Shown here: positions 31,555 through 46,472 of the stretch, one piece after another
Numbering within the stretch: position 1 is the first letter of the stretch
Layout: every line of letters starts with the position of its first letter
From: Chrysomallon squamiferum
Taxonomy: Eukaryota > Animalia > Mollusca
Length of the DNA stretch: 64,000 nucleotides
Direction: 5' to 3'
Assembly (NCBI GenBank): GCA_012295275.1
Contig: CM022676.1
Coordinates: 18,228,001-18,292,000 of the forward strand
Translations under genes and position numbers: made by a program
Notes under the pieces: model-generated
The model's database searches: none
What the model was told of the DNA's origin: nothing
What the model saw: only the letters and a program-made list of their open reading frames with translations

Positions 31555-32260
31555 AGAACAAATTCACAGCTTTATTCAAGCATTGCAAACTCGAAGAGGG
31601 AGAACAAAATTGGCAGAAGAAAATGTAATCCACATGCCTTACATGTGAACACAGAGAAAGGATAGTTCAGTTTTTGCAGCATTTTCCTAAAGACTGTGAC
31701 TATTTTTGCTAGGGTGAGTCCCAGGATTCAAAGGGAGTGATTTGAAAATACTGTCTGCATGTGAGACTAAATCTTCACTTTGGAGGGACTATCGATAGAC
31801 TGCTATTGCACAGGGTAAGAATTCATTTGAATAATGTGTAATTTTTCTAACAGATTAAGTGATATTTACCAGAATGTCTTCTGAAACATTTATAAAGGAG
31901 TAAATATAATTTTAATGATATAGTCTTATTTCTTACATTAATTGATTTTATACTACAGGGTGCATTTATTTGTTATTTTAACTTTTGTTTTCATATTTAT
32001 TTTTAAGAAAAAGCTGTGTCCTTTGGAGTTGCTTATCAGTTTTATGTCAAGGATACAGATTTTTAATCCATTTTAGGTCATCATTTATCAATGTGTATAA
32101 AATACATGTTCCTATTATTGTCTCAAAACTGATCTCTGCTGGCAATGCAAACAGTGAAAAGATACAGCAAACTGCCAGTCTTCCAGCAGAAGATGAAATA
32201 ACAATGTTTGGAAAGCAATTTGAGTACAGCATTTTGTACAGCAAGTTCACATTCCAGACA
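31555..32260 (+). mobile_element. Degenerate, intron-containing DUF7869-type transposase-like fragment (superfamily uncertain)
   Basis: ERIVQFLQHF..PGFKGSDLKILSACETKSSLWRDY (31660-31815, GTAAG donor) and SSFINVYKIHVPII..TDLCWQC..NSEKIQQTASLP. These resemble the invertebrate motif PGFK.DVRLLPS..TK..VWR.Y..F..LW....P....KP.TDLCW.CQ.N, recalled from memory. Confidence 0.55.
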
Positions 32261-32559
32261 GCCAGAACCAGTTTACTTTCTTGTGTCAAGTAAATGTGGA
32301 ATTTTTAAACTATATTCTGAAACTCTGTCTGGATAAATCTATCAGCTGGTGAGTCAGTTAATCTATTAATTAATTAATTTATTTAATTGTTTTGTTATTG
32401 GTGTATTTGTTTTGTGTTTCTTATTGTGTGCTATTTTTTTTTACATTATTATTATTTGAACTGTTATATGATTGTGCTATTTTATGTTATATTTTTAGAT
32501 TATTTAATCAAACCTCTCTCAGTTGATTCAGAATGTCTAGTTGACATACTGCTTGAATG

Positions 32560-33116
32560 TGGTGCTCTCTCTAATACGGGGGAAATTAACGCATAATCAC
32601 GACCTCGGAAATCGTTAGTTGTTTATTGTCTCCACATCTTAACGGTAAGGATTATTATATTTTTGTAATCACTAGAATCCCTTATAGTTAAATGCCTTGG
32701 TTTATACAACCACTGACTAAACGGTGAACGCTGTGTATTAATTACTGGCTGATAAACCTTATTTTTTTATAATGCAGTCATGTTTCCGGGGTCAGTTCGG
32801 GAGACCTGCTTTCTCCAGTAACTCGTGAAACATGGTTCACATTAAAACCAATAAACATTTGATATAAATTTTGGCGGTGTTCAGCCATTACACCATATAT
32901 ATTGGCTATATTCCGAATTTGAATTTTAAAATTAATTAATTTTTAAACATAATCCAGATTGATAATTATATATAATGAACAAAACTGGTCACATGCATTT
33001 TTTATATAAATAAACAAATAAACAAGAACAATATAGATCATGTTTTGGACGGCGTTTGACAGATATAGTAGTGTTTTAACAGGGCTAAAATAATCAGTTT
33101 TACTACTGTCAGGTCC

Positions 33117-33163
<47 letters not shown>

Positions 33164-34700
33164 GTTATTGTTATTGTTATTGTTGTTATTATTATTATTT
33201 ATTTATTTATTTAGGTTTTTGTCATTCTTAACTTAATTGTATGTAGGATAATACGATTTATTTACTTTGCTTTGGTTCGACACAAAAACAAATAACTTTC
33301 ATCTATACTTAGATAAATTATGTTTGCTTACCTTTTTGATATGAAACTAATAATGTTATTTGTTTCATTTATATGTTTTCTTTCCTTGATATGTGTAAAG
33401 AAAATGTATTATGCTTATATAAATATTAACAAACTACAACTGATTCATGCTCTAAGCAAGTTGATGAATAAGTAGTGGCAATGTTTCTAGTGTTCAACAT
33501 GAAGTAAGCTGATAAACTAATAGTGACAAAGTTTCTACAGTTCACACTATGTATGCTGATAAACTTGTAGTGACAATGTTTCTAGTAGTTCACACTAAGC
33601 CAGTTGCTAGTAGTCAAACACTGACAGTAAGTTATTTCATCAGAAGGAAGAAACAACAACACGTTTTAAGCTTAGAATCAGATTTATTTACTAATCTACA
33701 ATGTTGTATACAAGTCTGTGAACCTTAATATCAGAATGCGATGAACTTTGTATTGTCCTGAAAATGATCTTAACAAACTTTACAAAGTATGTTAATTCTC
33801 AGTTATTTTATGTGTCTAGTTTTATTTCTTTTTCTCTCATTTTTCTTCAAATATAACTAAAATGAATTTACTTTCAACATGTTTTCACTTTACAGAAATA
33901 TGCAGTGAACAAGAATATGAAGGTAAGCTCTGTCTGTTGTGTTTGTTTGTGTGGGTGTGTTTTTATTAGTATTTGTCAAGTGTGACTTACTTTTGTCTTA
34001 AAATGTTAAAGAAGCTCTGTAAATCTTAACTTAGGGAATTATAATTTGATTTAGACATCTTTGTTGATGTCTCTGAACTGTTATAAACTTGAGCTTAGAA
34101 GTAAAAGACTTTGCCCTTTGTTGTAAGTTATTTTAACACTATTAACAAAACACTACTTTATCACACTCTAGTGTTGACTGCTTTCTGATAAGAAGAAAGA
34201 AAGACAAGTGCAGTTTATGGAATGTGAGAGAAACACTCACATGACAGGTGTTAATCAAGGAGATGGTAAGTGGACTAACAAATATGAAATGCAGTATATA
34301 GCTCAGGTAAAACATTTGAAATTGTTTTCATTTTATGTGTAGTTTTCTGTTAAAGAAATGTCATCAGTGGAATCTTTATGACCATACTCTTTTGTGATTT
34401 TTATTTTTTACAATTTTTTTTTTTTTTTCACTCAGATGCAGACAGTTGTATAGCAGCAGCAGGCTGCATCGGTGACATCGGCAGTTAATGTGATACAGTG
34501 TCCTGATCAGACAACAACTGCATTGCAAGCAGCCAGTGTCATTCAGTCTCAGCCACGTGTACAGCAACCAGCAGCATCAGTGACATTGTTATTGTAACTG
34601 ACACACCTGATATGTGATTTCTGAAACAAATTAGGATAAAACAGACAAAGTTTGTTTGTGCTGGATAATGTAAACAGCAAACCAGTAGAGTTTACAAGAA
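32560..34700 (+). pseudogene. Unidentified spliced gene remnant with a Gln/Ala/Ser-rich exon
   Basis: Series of GTAAG/GTGAG donors (~32644, ~33923, ~34266, ~34702). The exon at 34436 reads MQTVV*QQQAASVTSAVNVIQCPDQTTTALQAASVIQSQPRVQQP. Confidence 0.35.
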
Positions 34701-37157
34701 GGTGAGTTAAAATATGCATTTTTGTTACAAAACTTTATACAAATTTTAATTTATATGACTCCAGTTTAATAATAGAACTTTTTTCTATTTGTAAGATTTC
34801 TATTTAGTGGTAAAACTTGACTATAAAGGAAAACTTTAATGTAGTTATAAAAATTGTTCTATTTATGATTACAAGACCAGTTCTGTTACAAAACTTCATT
34901 ATAAAGTTTAGCCTTCAGGGGATGTATTTAGTTGAAATCTTACAGTTTGTTAAACCTCATTAGACAAACTGATATCTGTAAATAACTAATGGGCGGCATT
35001 TATTATTATTATTATCATTATTATTATCATTACTATTATTATTATTATTATTGATCAAGATCTAGCATTTATTCTAATTAGTTGAATATTTTAATGCTTT
35101 AATTTCATAATGTCACTTTACTTTTATTTATTTCAAAATTCTATGATCAAATATAAAGTGAAATGTTTTGTTTTATGATTTACTAACTAAGGTTTTTGTG
35201 TGCTACACAGTGAAGGTGTTCATATCTGTGTTTACAAAATACAAATCTGAAGTATTTTTATTCATGCATACATGACATATCAACAGCAGAATATAATATA
35301 TTTGTTAAAGATGACTGATGTGGTTAATACCATTCTGCTACTAATGAATTTTAGCAGTGTATGATCAAATCTTGTTTTTGATTTATTAGAACACAGTTCT
35401 GATTTCAACTTTCTTCACAAATATATAAATACTATGTTATCATACTGTTTATAGCTTACTAATAATATCAGAAATATTTAAAAGAAATGACAGTCTCAAA
35501 ATAAATTTGTTTTTTTATATGTGTAAGATTTTTACTTTTCTCTAGCTAGTTTTAAAATTTGTCCAGCAAGTACATCTACATGTTAAAAACAGAACAAATC
35601 TATTTCATAAAATATTCAAATTTTCTCTCAAAAATCTTAAATATTCAATTATTATATTCCAAATTAATATATCGTTTCTGCAGAAACACAGTGTAACAAT
35701 TTAAGATATATATATAACTAGGTTATAATGAAAAAAAAAATTGAAAAAGAAATTGTACAATTTAATATTAAATAATTAATATATGGCAACCAGAATATTT
35801 CAAAAAATAAAGTGAAAATGTATAGTTTAGTTTACTTATTGAAACATTAGTCTTGATCATTACAGTAAAGTTATTAATAACTAGTCAGTAAGAAAAATTA
35901 AAACCAAACATTATCTACATTTAGTACCAAAAATGAACATTTGAAGTACATGACATTAAAAATTAAATTATGCAAATAATCATTTTAACTGTGAAATAAT
36001 AATAAAATAATGAATAATTCCTCCCCGCAAAAACCCCCAAAATATATCACATTAAATAACAAGTTATCTCCCCTTAGACCAGCTTCATAAATTAGTACAT
36101 GTAAGTAACATATAAATAAATTTATTTAATAAAAATGACTGCAGTAAATACTTTAGAAATGTAATGGCTGGATTATAATGTTAAGTATAGATAACTATTG
36201 TTAATCAGTCAAGAAATTTTTAAAACAAAGTGGGAAAAAACAATAATAATAAAATGATGATTTACAACTGTTTTAAGACTGTTTTGCTATCTTACCTGTG
36301 TTATAATAATAATAACAATAATAATCTATTTTTATAAAATATTAATTTTGATAAATGATGATAAAATTTCTACATATTCATGATATTGTAAAATAAATAA
36401 TAATAAAAGATAGCATAATATATTTAATGTTGTTAATTGCCAAGCAGTTAAATCACAATGCAAACACCAACAACTAACCTTAAATGGATTCTAAGATATT
36501 ATGAACATGTGTTATCACATGGATAAGAATATTCTTGCAAGATAAACAATGAAACAACTAGACATGAAGAAAACTGAAATATTTGGGAAAAATTATTTGT
36601 ATGAAATGTAACTATGTGACATCTATTTATGGATTGAAAAAAGTTTTATTTTATATTTCTATTTTATTTTTGCCATTATGTAATTAAGGGTGTTTCTTAC
36701 TATAATATTTATATTACAAGTATTGAATATTAGGAATGTGCAAACGCTTCACAAATTATACGTCACAAAAGATGTGCATACATCTACCGTCACTCACATT
36801 TCGAGTTGTAGCATGTCAGATTTCAGTCACGTGTTTATGAGCAGACACGTTTATTAACAGCGACACACAGAAATTATTTCAGTGACGTGTTGTCAGCTCC
36901 AGTAAAACCACTCACAAACAAGGACGTATTTTGTGTAAGCAGACAGCCATTTTGAGATTTGAAGGTAGTTTGCATTGCATTGTGACTTAATGTATACCGT
37001 GCTATTATTTTCTTAAAATAAATCAGCAGTATTGAACATGTAATATGTTTCATTTATTTATTTATTTATTTTTAGATTCTCACTTCAGTGATCTACAGAA
37101 AAACCGTCAAACAGAAATTCTCACCAGGAAGGTCTTAAAGGTAGGAAGCATTATTTG

Positions 37158-37241
<84 letters not shown>

Positions 37242-39864
37242 ATTGTCTGTCAGTGGATGAGTGCGCGCGATTGTGTGTGTCTGTTTGAATATAATTATTT
37301 ATATCAGGATTTGAAAATCGGTTGTCCAGAAATTATATATTCTTAACCGGGATGTAACGGTTCATTTTATTTTATTTTATTTTATTTATTTATTTATTTA
37401 TTTATTTATTTGCTTGTTTGTTTGTTTGTTTGATGTAGGTTAAGATCTGTTATGTGATAACATTAAGGTTAGAGTGATAGTTCGGGTTGTATTAGGATAA
37501 TAATACACTTTGAGATAAAATTATCATGATGTTTATCACTGGTTCAGATGGACAAATGTAGAGTTATGATTCAGGTAAGTAATATCAGAAACGTTGTTGT
37601 ATTTGGAGATAATTCAGGTTTGGTATTAGTGTCGGTTTAAGATTAAATTTAACGTTAAGATTGCTAATTCCTGTAAACATTTTCATGTAAAAATAGTATC
37701 CTGTATTAACAATATCCTGTTTAAAGACTATCCTGAATAAACACTATCTTCTACGAGTCATCAATCTGTGAACGTGAAAATCCTGTTTTTAAACAACATT
37801 ACAACTAACTAAACACCCTCTTCTGCCAACCTCTTACAACCCTCTTTGTGTCCGCCATGACATATTTTCTACACCATTTATGTTCACCCTGTAGCGCTCT
37901 CTTTATCTGTGTTGTCAATAAGTATCTTAATACTGAAACAGACTATCTGAAAAACGTTATTATGAATGAAAGTGTCCTAAAGGCTAATATGAATCATACA
38001 AGTTAGAAATTCGCAGATTTTTTTGATTATTTATCGTTTATATCGTGATTGCTTTTCATTAGTCTTGACCAGCACACGGTTTCTAGTCGTAATTTGTTTA
38101 TATATGAAACTGGTTGATAATAATAACATCTAAACAAATTAAAAAGAAACAAAAATATATATTGCTTAAAGAGAGCCAATGGTTGATACATATTACTCTG
38201 TTCATCTAATTGTCTATATAAAATACCATTTCCTGCTAATTGGAAAGAAGTAGACTTGATGTGGCGACTGCAGATTTACTCTCATTTTATTTCAGCACTC
38301 CTTAACAGCAAGTTTCACACACACAAATCAGTAAACAAAATGTGTTTACAGTGTCGTTAATTAAAACATTTATTATATACTTTCTTCCTTCTTTCATTTG
38401 TTTCTTCTTTTTGTCATCTTTTCATTCTTCCCTTTCGTTTAACTTAGCTTTCGTATTGGTCTATCATCTGTTCCAACCAGTATTTAAAATATTATTGCAT
38501 TTGCTTTCATCTACAATGGCAAACATAAAAACAATATTGCTGTTATAGTTGTAGATGTGACAAGCAAACTGATCATTATAGTGCGATATTTTTTAAAAGA
38601 CACGAAAAAGTATAATGTAGACCCGGACTTGAAAAGTATATTGTCTGACAACGTAGTGTTACTTACCACCAAGTGTATGGAACGAGCCAATATTAACGTA
38701 ATAATAATGTTAGCTCGTAGAATTGTATTGTTTTTAATTTAAGAGTCTGTTTGTTGGTAGTAATTTTGTTGTTATTTTGTTTGTCATTATCGTCGTTATT
38801 GAAACTATGTATCTTCTCACAGTTTAAATAATTTCACACGTTTTCTGTTCATTTCTACACTTATGCGCAGACACTGTATTGACAATGAATTTGTCAGATC
38901 GTTGTAAGTAACACCCAGCTATAGCTTTGTTCTCGTGTGACACACTGTTTTTATCTGACCTACATAAGAAACAAACAGTCACGTGTTAGCTCTATCTTGA
39001 TAGACTGGTCACGTGAGTATCGTCAGAGAAATAAGACATGCACACGATAAGATTAGAAAAAACCTTTAGTATGCTGTTGTTGTTGTTGTTGTTATTATTA
39101 TTATTATTATTATTATTTCTATATGTGTGCGTGTGTGTATGTGTGTGTGTGTGTGTGTGTTAGATCTGATTTCTATATCTAGTACTCCCTCAGAAAAATA
39201 AATACTGTTCGTAATATATAAATAAATACACATTTGTGGCAGAAGTAATAATAATAACATTAGTGGTAGTTGTAATGGTAGCAGGATATGTAATAGTAGA
39301 AGTTTCAATAGTAGAAGTGGCAGCAGCAGTAGTTGTAGCAGCAGCATAGGAGTAGCAGCCGTTGTTGCGAGAGTATTATTATTAGTAGTGTTAAACTAAT
39401 TCCATTATTGCTGTTATTGTTGTCTCTATGCAATATTTTTATGTATGTGATTATTTCCTTTTATTTTATATATTTATTAATGTATTCATTTTATTTTATT
39501 GTAATTAATTAATTAATTCAATTTATTTATTTATTTGTTTCTCTGTTTATTTATTTATATCTCAGTTTTGAATAGTAGAATTATTAAACAGAAAGTACTC
39601 GTTTCAAAGAAATTACCGATTGAAGTTGGCATCGATATAGTTATAAACTAATAGTTTACTCTTGTTTTTCCGCTTTTCGTTTTAAATTATTATTATTATT
39701 GTTGTTGTTGTTGTTGTTGTTGTTGTAACAGGAATGTAAACAATGCAATAGGACTGCATGAAATGAATATAATCTACTTTAAGGGAAAATGAGTCTAAGA
39801 TGAGTGTACATGTCTCGTACATGATTTGTTTATTATAATCTGACATTGAAATCTGAGAAGTGAC

Positions 39865-39965
39865 ACTTGATGACGTAAAGATGTTTGACGTCAGTCAACG
39901 TGTTTATCAGTGGAGCTAAACGTAAACAAAGCAGAAGTGAAATAAGTTGGCCATGTTGAAAGCGG
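39865..39965 (+). promoter_or_regulatory. Candidate promoter/5'UTR exon for the BTB gene
   Basis: TGACGTAA (39871), perfect CRE TGACGTCA (39886-39893) and forkhead-like GTAAACA. The BTB ATG exon starts at an acceptor (41139), so an upstream exon is required. Confidence 0.3.
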
Positions 39966-41065
39966 GTGATATTTTATAATTTATTATGTTTTAATGATTC
40001 GAGTCTTCTTAGTTTAATTATTTTTAGGTATATCAGAGTTAGTTCTCTAACAAATAGGTCATTATAGTGTGAGGTGTTCTTTTATATTGACATGGAAAAG
40101 GTTACGTAAAGCCTGACTTGAAAATGTATTGTCAGATAGCGAAATTGTATTTACAATTCTGGTGTATGGATCTTACGGATGAAGAATTTAATAATATTAT
40201 CTCATATACTGATTTTCTTTCTATTTCCTTTTTATTTGGTTTATTGGAAGTAATTCGGTTGTGGTTGTTTTTTTAATGTAGCGTCGTTATTGATATTATT
40301 TTTCTTCTCATAATGTAGACCAATGCTTCTTTTTTTCTTTTATTTCCGCACTTATGTGTACAATGTATTAACAGTGAATTTATCACATCGTCCTTAAGGA
40401 TATATAAATTTTAAACTTATCTTTTGTATGTTTTTATTATTATTATTATTACTACCCTATTATTTATTAACGGCTTTTGCTATATGTTTTATTTTATTTT
40501 TAGATCGGTTATACCTGCACTCTATAGTTGAGGTTAAACAGAAAGTAGTCGCTTATCAGAAATTATCGATCAGGAAGTTTTGAGGTAGGTAACCACATTG
40601 AAATTACAATGTATTTTTTATTGTTTCTACTTTAAAACCATCCCATCTTCTTTCTCTATTTTTTCTTATTTTCTTACTTTTTTCTTACATAATGTTTCGT
40701 TTTAGATGTGTCAGAGACGGAACTTTTTTTGTGTTTTCGAGGAGTAAATTGATATAAATGGCCATAATTACATTGCTATTTGAAATTCGTTTGTTTACCT
40801 GATGTGACCAGACAAGTCGGTTTATAATAATAATGATAATAATAATTAATGTTGTCGTCGACACCATCATAATAATCGTTCATATAAGCATAATTTATTT
40901 ATTTTTATAGTGTATCGGTCTTCTATATATTTATTCGTTTTCTTTTATTTCCCTTTTTCCTTTTCCGTTTTATTATTTTTTTCTTTTTTTTCTTTTTTTT
41001 TCTTTCGCTGTAAGAATTGTTATAGTTGAATGTGTGAACAATTTCTTTCTCTCCCCAATCCATTA

Positions 41066-41130
<65 letters not shown>

Positions 41131-41146
41131 TGTTTGTAGTGAAAAC

Positions 41147-42727
41147 ATGGCCACCTCAACTTCAGTCTCAGGTTGGCAGACAGGGAAGAATCTGGTAGAA
41201 TGCCTTGAACACGTTTTTCTTACAAGAACTCACACTGACGTCAGATTTTTAGTTGGGGAACATAAAACTGCTGTCGATGCGCACCACTTAATTCTGATCA
41301 TTCGAAGCGAAGTTTTCAGTCAGATGTTGACTGGAGAACTTCGCGAAAAACCAGATATTGTGATAACTGATGTGAAGGCAGACATTTTCGCAGAGTTTTT
41401 AAAGTACGTTAAAACACACACACACGAACACACACATTCCCACACACACACGAACACAAACACACAGGTATGGAGAGACATATATACACACAGAAATGTT
41501 GATAACAATACAGTTTTTGTTAGTAATCTAATTATTTTCTAATTAATTAATCTCACATAATTATCTCACATTTTAAAGTCTTACTCTACTTGTTTTACAC
41601 AGATATCTTTATTAACTGATCTCACATAATTATCTCACATTTTAAAGTCTTACTCTACTTCTTTTACTCAGATATCTTTATACGGATGACGTCGTCCTAA
41701 CAGGCGACAACGTCACCGGTCTGCTGTATCTATCGAGGAAGTACATCATTACAACTCTTGAAGATGAATGTACAAAATATTTGGTGTCGTCGTTGTCGTC
41801 ACCGAATGCGTGCATCGTGCTGGAACAAGCTCACCGGTTTGATAAACATGATCTAAGGAGAAAAACTCTGGACTTCATTTTGAAAAATGGCGACGAAGTT
41901 TTGAAGTCAGATGAAGTCACCGATCTTTGTCACGAATGTCTGGTTGAGATCATACGATCAGACGAACTGACAGCAGACGAGAAAAACGTTTTCGAAGCCG
42001 CTGTGAAGTGGGCTGACAGCGCGTGCAGAAAGCAAGGAAGAGAGACGAATGAAAAAAACATACGCGAAGCACTGGGAGAGGTCGTGAAGCACGTGCGTTA
42101 TCCATTACTCGATCAGACGTATTTTGCAGAACACGTGACACCCACTCACATACTCACTGAGACAGAAGAGTGCAAGATTTTGAAACACTGGGTGAGCAGT
42201 GATGAAGATGTTTCACCTTTTAAGTCAAACAAGAGAACTGCAGTGATTCGTAAAACACAGATTAAAATAAACAGGTTTGATTCAAGAGTATTTGTTTACT
42301 GGTCATTTTCTGGTAAAGTAGATGACGCCATTACTTTTCTGTAAACAAAAACGCTTTACTTCGCGGATTTCAGTTGTACGGTTACCCTGAACCACGAAAC
42401 TACGACGTCAGGGCCTTCGTCACTGACACAAGAACAGATGAAATACTGGACGGGTCTACACTGACACAGAGATATGAACACGTCGTGTCTGACGTGTATG
42501 ACGTCGTGTTCAGTCGTCCAGTGAAGATTACTAAAGACACTGAGTACAGCTTATTTGTTAATGTTAAGGGAGGAGACACATTGTGTGGAGTTGAAGGTAA
42601 ATCAGAAATTGTTGTAGACTCTTTTGTTTGTAGATTTTCTGACTCACACAAATCTAAACACAGTGACAGAGAACTTCGTACACGTGTGTCACACGGACAA
42701 ATACCTGCTTTGTTATTTTTAGTGTAA
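41147..42727 (+). CDS. BTB-BACK-PHR protein (BTBD1/2/3/6-like expanded family); exons 41147-41403 and 41672-42727, with a 1-nt frameshift at ~42338
   Basis: BTB: WQTGKNL..TDVRFLVG..AHHLILIIRSEVFSQML..DIFAEFLK/YLYTDDV..LYLSRKY. BACK: NACIVLEQAHRFD..EKNVFEAAVKWA..VRYPLL. PHR: DDAITF(SVNKNALLRGFQL)YG..GQIPALLF. The GT-AG intron 41404-41671 is phase 2 and consistent. Confidence 0.88.
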
Positions 42728-43389
42728 AAAGAACATCGTTAAAACTCTGTCACTTTTACTCATCACTGAGCTCATATTTTTATTTTTATTTGTTTATTTA
42801 TTTATGTTTGTTTATGTTTTGTGTTTCTGATGACGTCAAACAGCAGTGATGACGTCATATACACTATTTAAAATTTCGGATTTCTGTCAAACACGTACTT
42901 GATGTGCATAAACATCTCATTTATTATTTATTACTGTTATTATTTATGCATTTATGCATTTTTATTTTTATTTATTTATTTTATTTATATGAAACATAAT
43001 ATGTAGATACATTATATATGTATTTCCTGGTTGTTAGACATGAATATATGAACTCTTGTTTGATTTATTTATCCATTTTCTTTTACTAAGACTAGCAACT
43101 CTTTGTTTATTTATATATGTATTAGATAAATAAATTTGTATTTCTTATTATGCATTTTCACTTCCTTTATTTTTGTATTTAATTTGTGTTTAAAATTTAA
43201 ACAGGTGAATTACAAAGATATACAAATAAATGTATCACGTAGTATTATTTATTTTTTGGTATTTATTTATTTTTATTTTATTTTATTTTTTTTTTTTTTT
43301 TTTTTTCTGCACACATTGAGTAATAGTATATGTATATGTATGTGTGTATTTATTTGTGTATTTTTCTTTACTAATCAACAAAACAATAT

Positions 43390-44762
43390 ATCACAGTAAT
43401 AAGTACATATTTTATTTCTGTAGTCATGTGTTACATTTCTTTTCGTTGTTCATCTGTGTTTGTGTCTGTTTCTGTGTGTATTGTAAACTGTCTTAGAAAG
43501 ATGACGTCACAATATTTATCTTCAGCACTGCAAACATCATATCTCTCTGCTTGTGGGCTGCCAAGTGTAAGAGAACTGAAACCAAATCGAACATATAACT
43601 CACCAACTATCTAACTAAACAAACAAACAACTAAACAAAAAAACACACGAATAAACAAAATAAAATAAAATGAAACAAAAATATACCGTTTTGATTCTCA
43701 TCAATAAATAAATAAACAAAATAAAATAAAATGTGACAGAGATATATGGTTTCCTTAGTCATGCTAAAAACACTGAACTCTCAGTACCGGCCCTGTTCCC
43801 CTCCTCTGTGATTATTGTGAATCAGTCCCTTGATCCTACTAACTCGAGCGTACACAGCAAACAAAACGCGAAATATGATTTGTAACACCGCGATTCAAAA
43901 ACACTTGTCAAGTGATCTGAGGTGTATCCAGTTTAGTATCTTGTCACGTTTTTGAGATATCAGTCATTGCGGTTTGTTGTTTGTACGTATTAATGAGAGA
44001 GGGGGGTCAAAGAACAACCTTCTTATCTACGAACAGAGCTTATTGTACAATGCGTCCAGCATAGCAAGAACTGAAAAAGCATAATAATCGTAAAGCTTGA
44101 GGCACCATATAGAAATAATTAGTATCGTGAGAAAAATAAAATAAAAAATAAAACACAAATTGAAAAAAAAAACTAATGTAACTTAAACTCAAACTGCGCA
44201 ACTGATCTAATTCAGTAAATGTTTTTATTCTCAGTCGACAAATTAAATTGATTTTCCAATCTAACACTTGATTATTATATATCAAGTATTGTTAAGAACA
44301 CAGCTACTTTGTAATTTGTTAGTGTACCATATTTTGAGAAAAAAACGTTTAGATATGTAACACTAGTACCTTGAAAATTATATATAACTGTGGTGTAAGT
44401 ATTTTAACTTAACACGTTGCGAATGATTTTGTATTTTATTATTATAATTTCTTTTATGTTGTTGTTGAAAAGAAGGCGCTACGTTTATAATTTGTTATAT
44501 ATAACTAGTTAATTTTCTAAAATGATTATCACAGTCTGTAATAATACACTAATAACAGACACAACAAATGTTTTGTAAAATAAAACACTTCACCCCGCCA
44601 AAAATAAATCTTGTCTAAACTTGAATACTGATCTGGCGAGTATCGTGTCTTTTGAATTGTACGAATGAACAACTATAATAATAATAATAATAATAATAAA
44701 ACAACAATAACAATAATAACTATAACTATATATTTTTGTAAATATTATGTAGTAATATATGT

Positions 44763-44793
<31 letters not shown>

Positions 44794-46431
44794 AGTGTGT
44801 GTGTGAAACTTGTGCAATGAATCAAAGCTTTACAGATAGTGAAAAGAAGACTAAAAAATATCAACTGTTATTTCAACGCGGTTAACGTGTCATGTGTATT
44901 TATTTATTTATTTTTTTTTTTATTTTTTTTTTTACTGTAAGTCTTTCTCTCATTCAAACAGTAGAGGTAAAAGCAAAACGCTGCACACCAAAGAAAATAT
45001 ATTTTTTCTATTTTCTTTTCTAAAAAAATAAATAAATACATAAACACATAAATAAAAACATTTGCAATATTATTGAAATTAAAGACCATTAATTAATAAG
45101 TATATTACATAGTATTGATAGTAATAGTAATAATAACATTGCAATAAAGTTCATATCTAATTAATTATGTAACCGGTCATATTTTAGTTTTGTCAGAAAA
45201 CTTTGGATAACGTAAACATTACGTGACGTCATTCGGTGGGATCAGCAGAAAAGTTTTCTAAAGTTATTTAATAACTATTTCATTGATATTATTTCCCTAT
45301 CTAAGAAATTGTCAAGTCATTTAACATTAATAATGTTTTCAGTGTCTATGTTAAATTTATCTATCTTTGTCTGTCCAACCATGTTTCTTAATTTTAGTTC
45401 TACAAATCTCAGTACCAGCCCTGTCACCCGCCTCTTAGATTATTGGAAATCAGTCCCTTGTTCAAAATAACTTGAACGTGCTCAGTAAACAAAAGACAAA
45501 GCATAATCTCTTACATAAAGATTTAAAACGTGTATAAGATCTCTAGTGCAGTATCAACTTTAATGTGAAGTCACGTTTTTAATATTTTGTATTTTCTTTG
45601 TTTTAACATACCAGTTCTCTTCCTCTTCTTTCATTATTTATTTATTTAGTTAGTTAGTTATTCCTATGTTTTTCTTTACTTATTATCAACATCAAATCAA
45701 TATATCACAATAATAAGTACTTTATTTGTGTAGTGATGTGTAACATTTATTTTCGTTGTGTGCACGTATCAATGACGGGACACACACACACATATGTGTT
45801 TATATATATTATCGAATTTGTTGTTACTATACTTGTTACGTTAAAACTCGTCTGTGTATGGTCTGTGTATCTGTGTGTCAAAGGATTTGTATTGTAAACC
45901 TTTTAGAAAGATGTCACAATATTTATTTTTAGCACTGTAAACATTATATCTCTCTGCTTATAGGTTACGAAGTGTTAGAAAACTGAAATGAAATTCTACA
46001 TATATTAACAATGAATGATGGAATGAAAGAATGAATGAATGATAAATAACTACATAAACAAACCAAAAAAAAAAAAAATGTAACAGAGATATATGGTTTC
46101 TTTCGTGATGCTAAAAACACTGAAGCCTCAGTACCGGCCCTTTTCCCCTCCTCTCTGATTATTGTGAATCAGTCCCTTGCTCCAACTAACTCGAGCATGC
46201 ACAGCAAAGACAAGCTGAGATATGATCTTCAACATACGGATTTAAACAAACGTGTCTACAGATCTCGCGTGAGGTATCCAGATTAGTATCTAGTCACGTT
46301 TTTGAGATATCAGTCATTGCGGTTTGTTGTTTGTACGTATTAATGAGAGAGGGGGTCAAACAACAACCTTCTTATCTGCGAATAGAACTTTGTGTACAAT
46401 GCGTCCAGTAGTAGTAGTAGTAGTAGTAGTA

Positions 46432-46472
<41 letters not shown>

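Noticed and set aside
34436-34590. CREB/ATF1 Q-rich exon
   Set aside because: The resemblance (SVIQSQ) is low-complexity, and no KID or bZIP exon was found.
42325-42345. Programmed ribosomal frameshift in the BTB gene
   Set aside because: No canonical slippery heptamer or stimulatory structure is evident. An indel or sequencing error is simpler.
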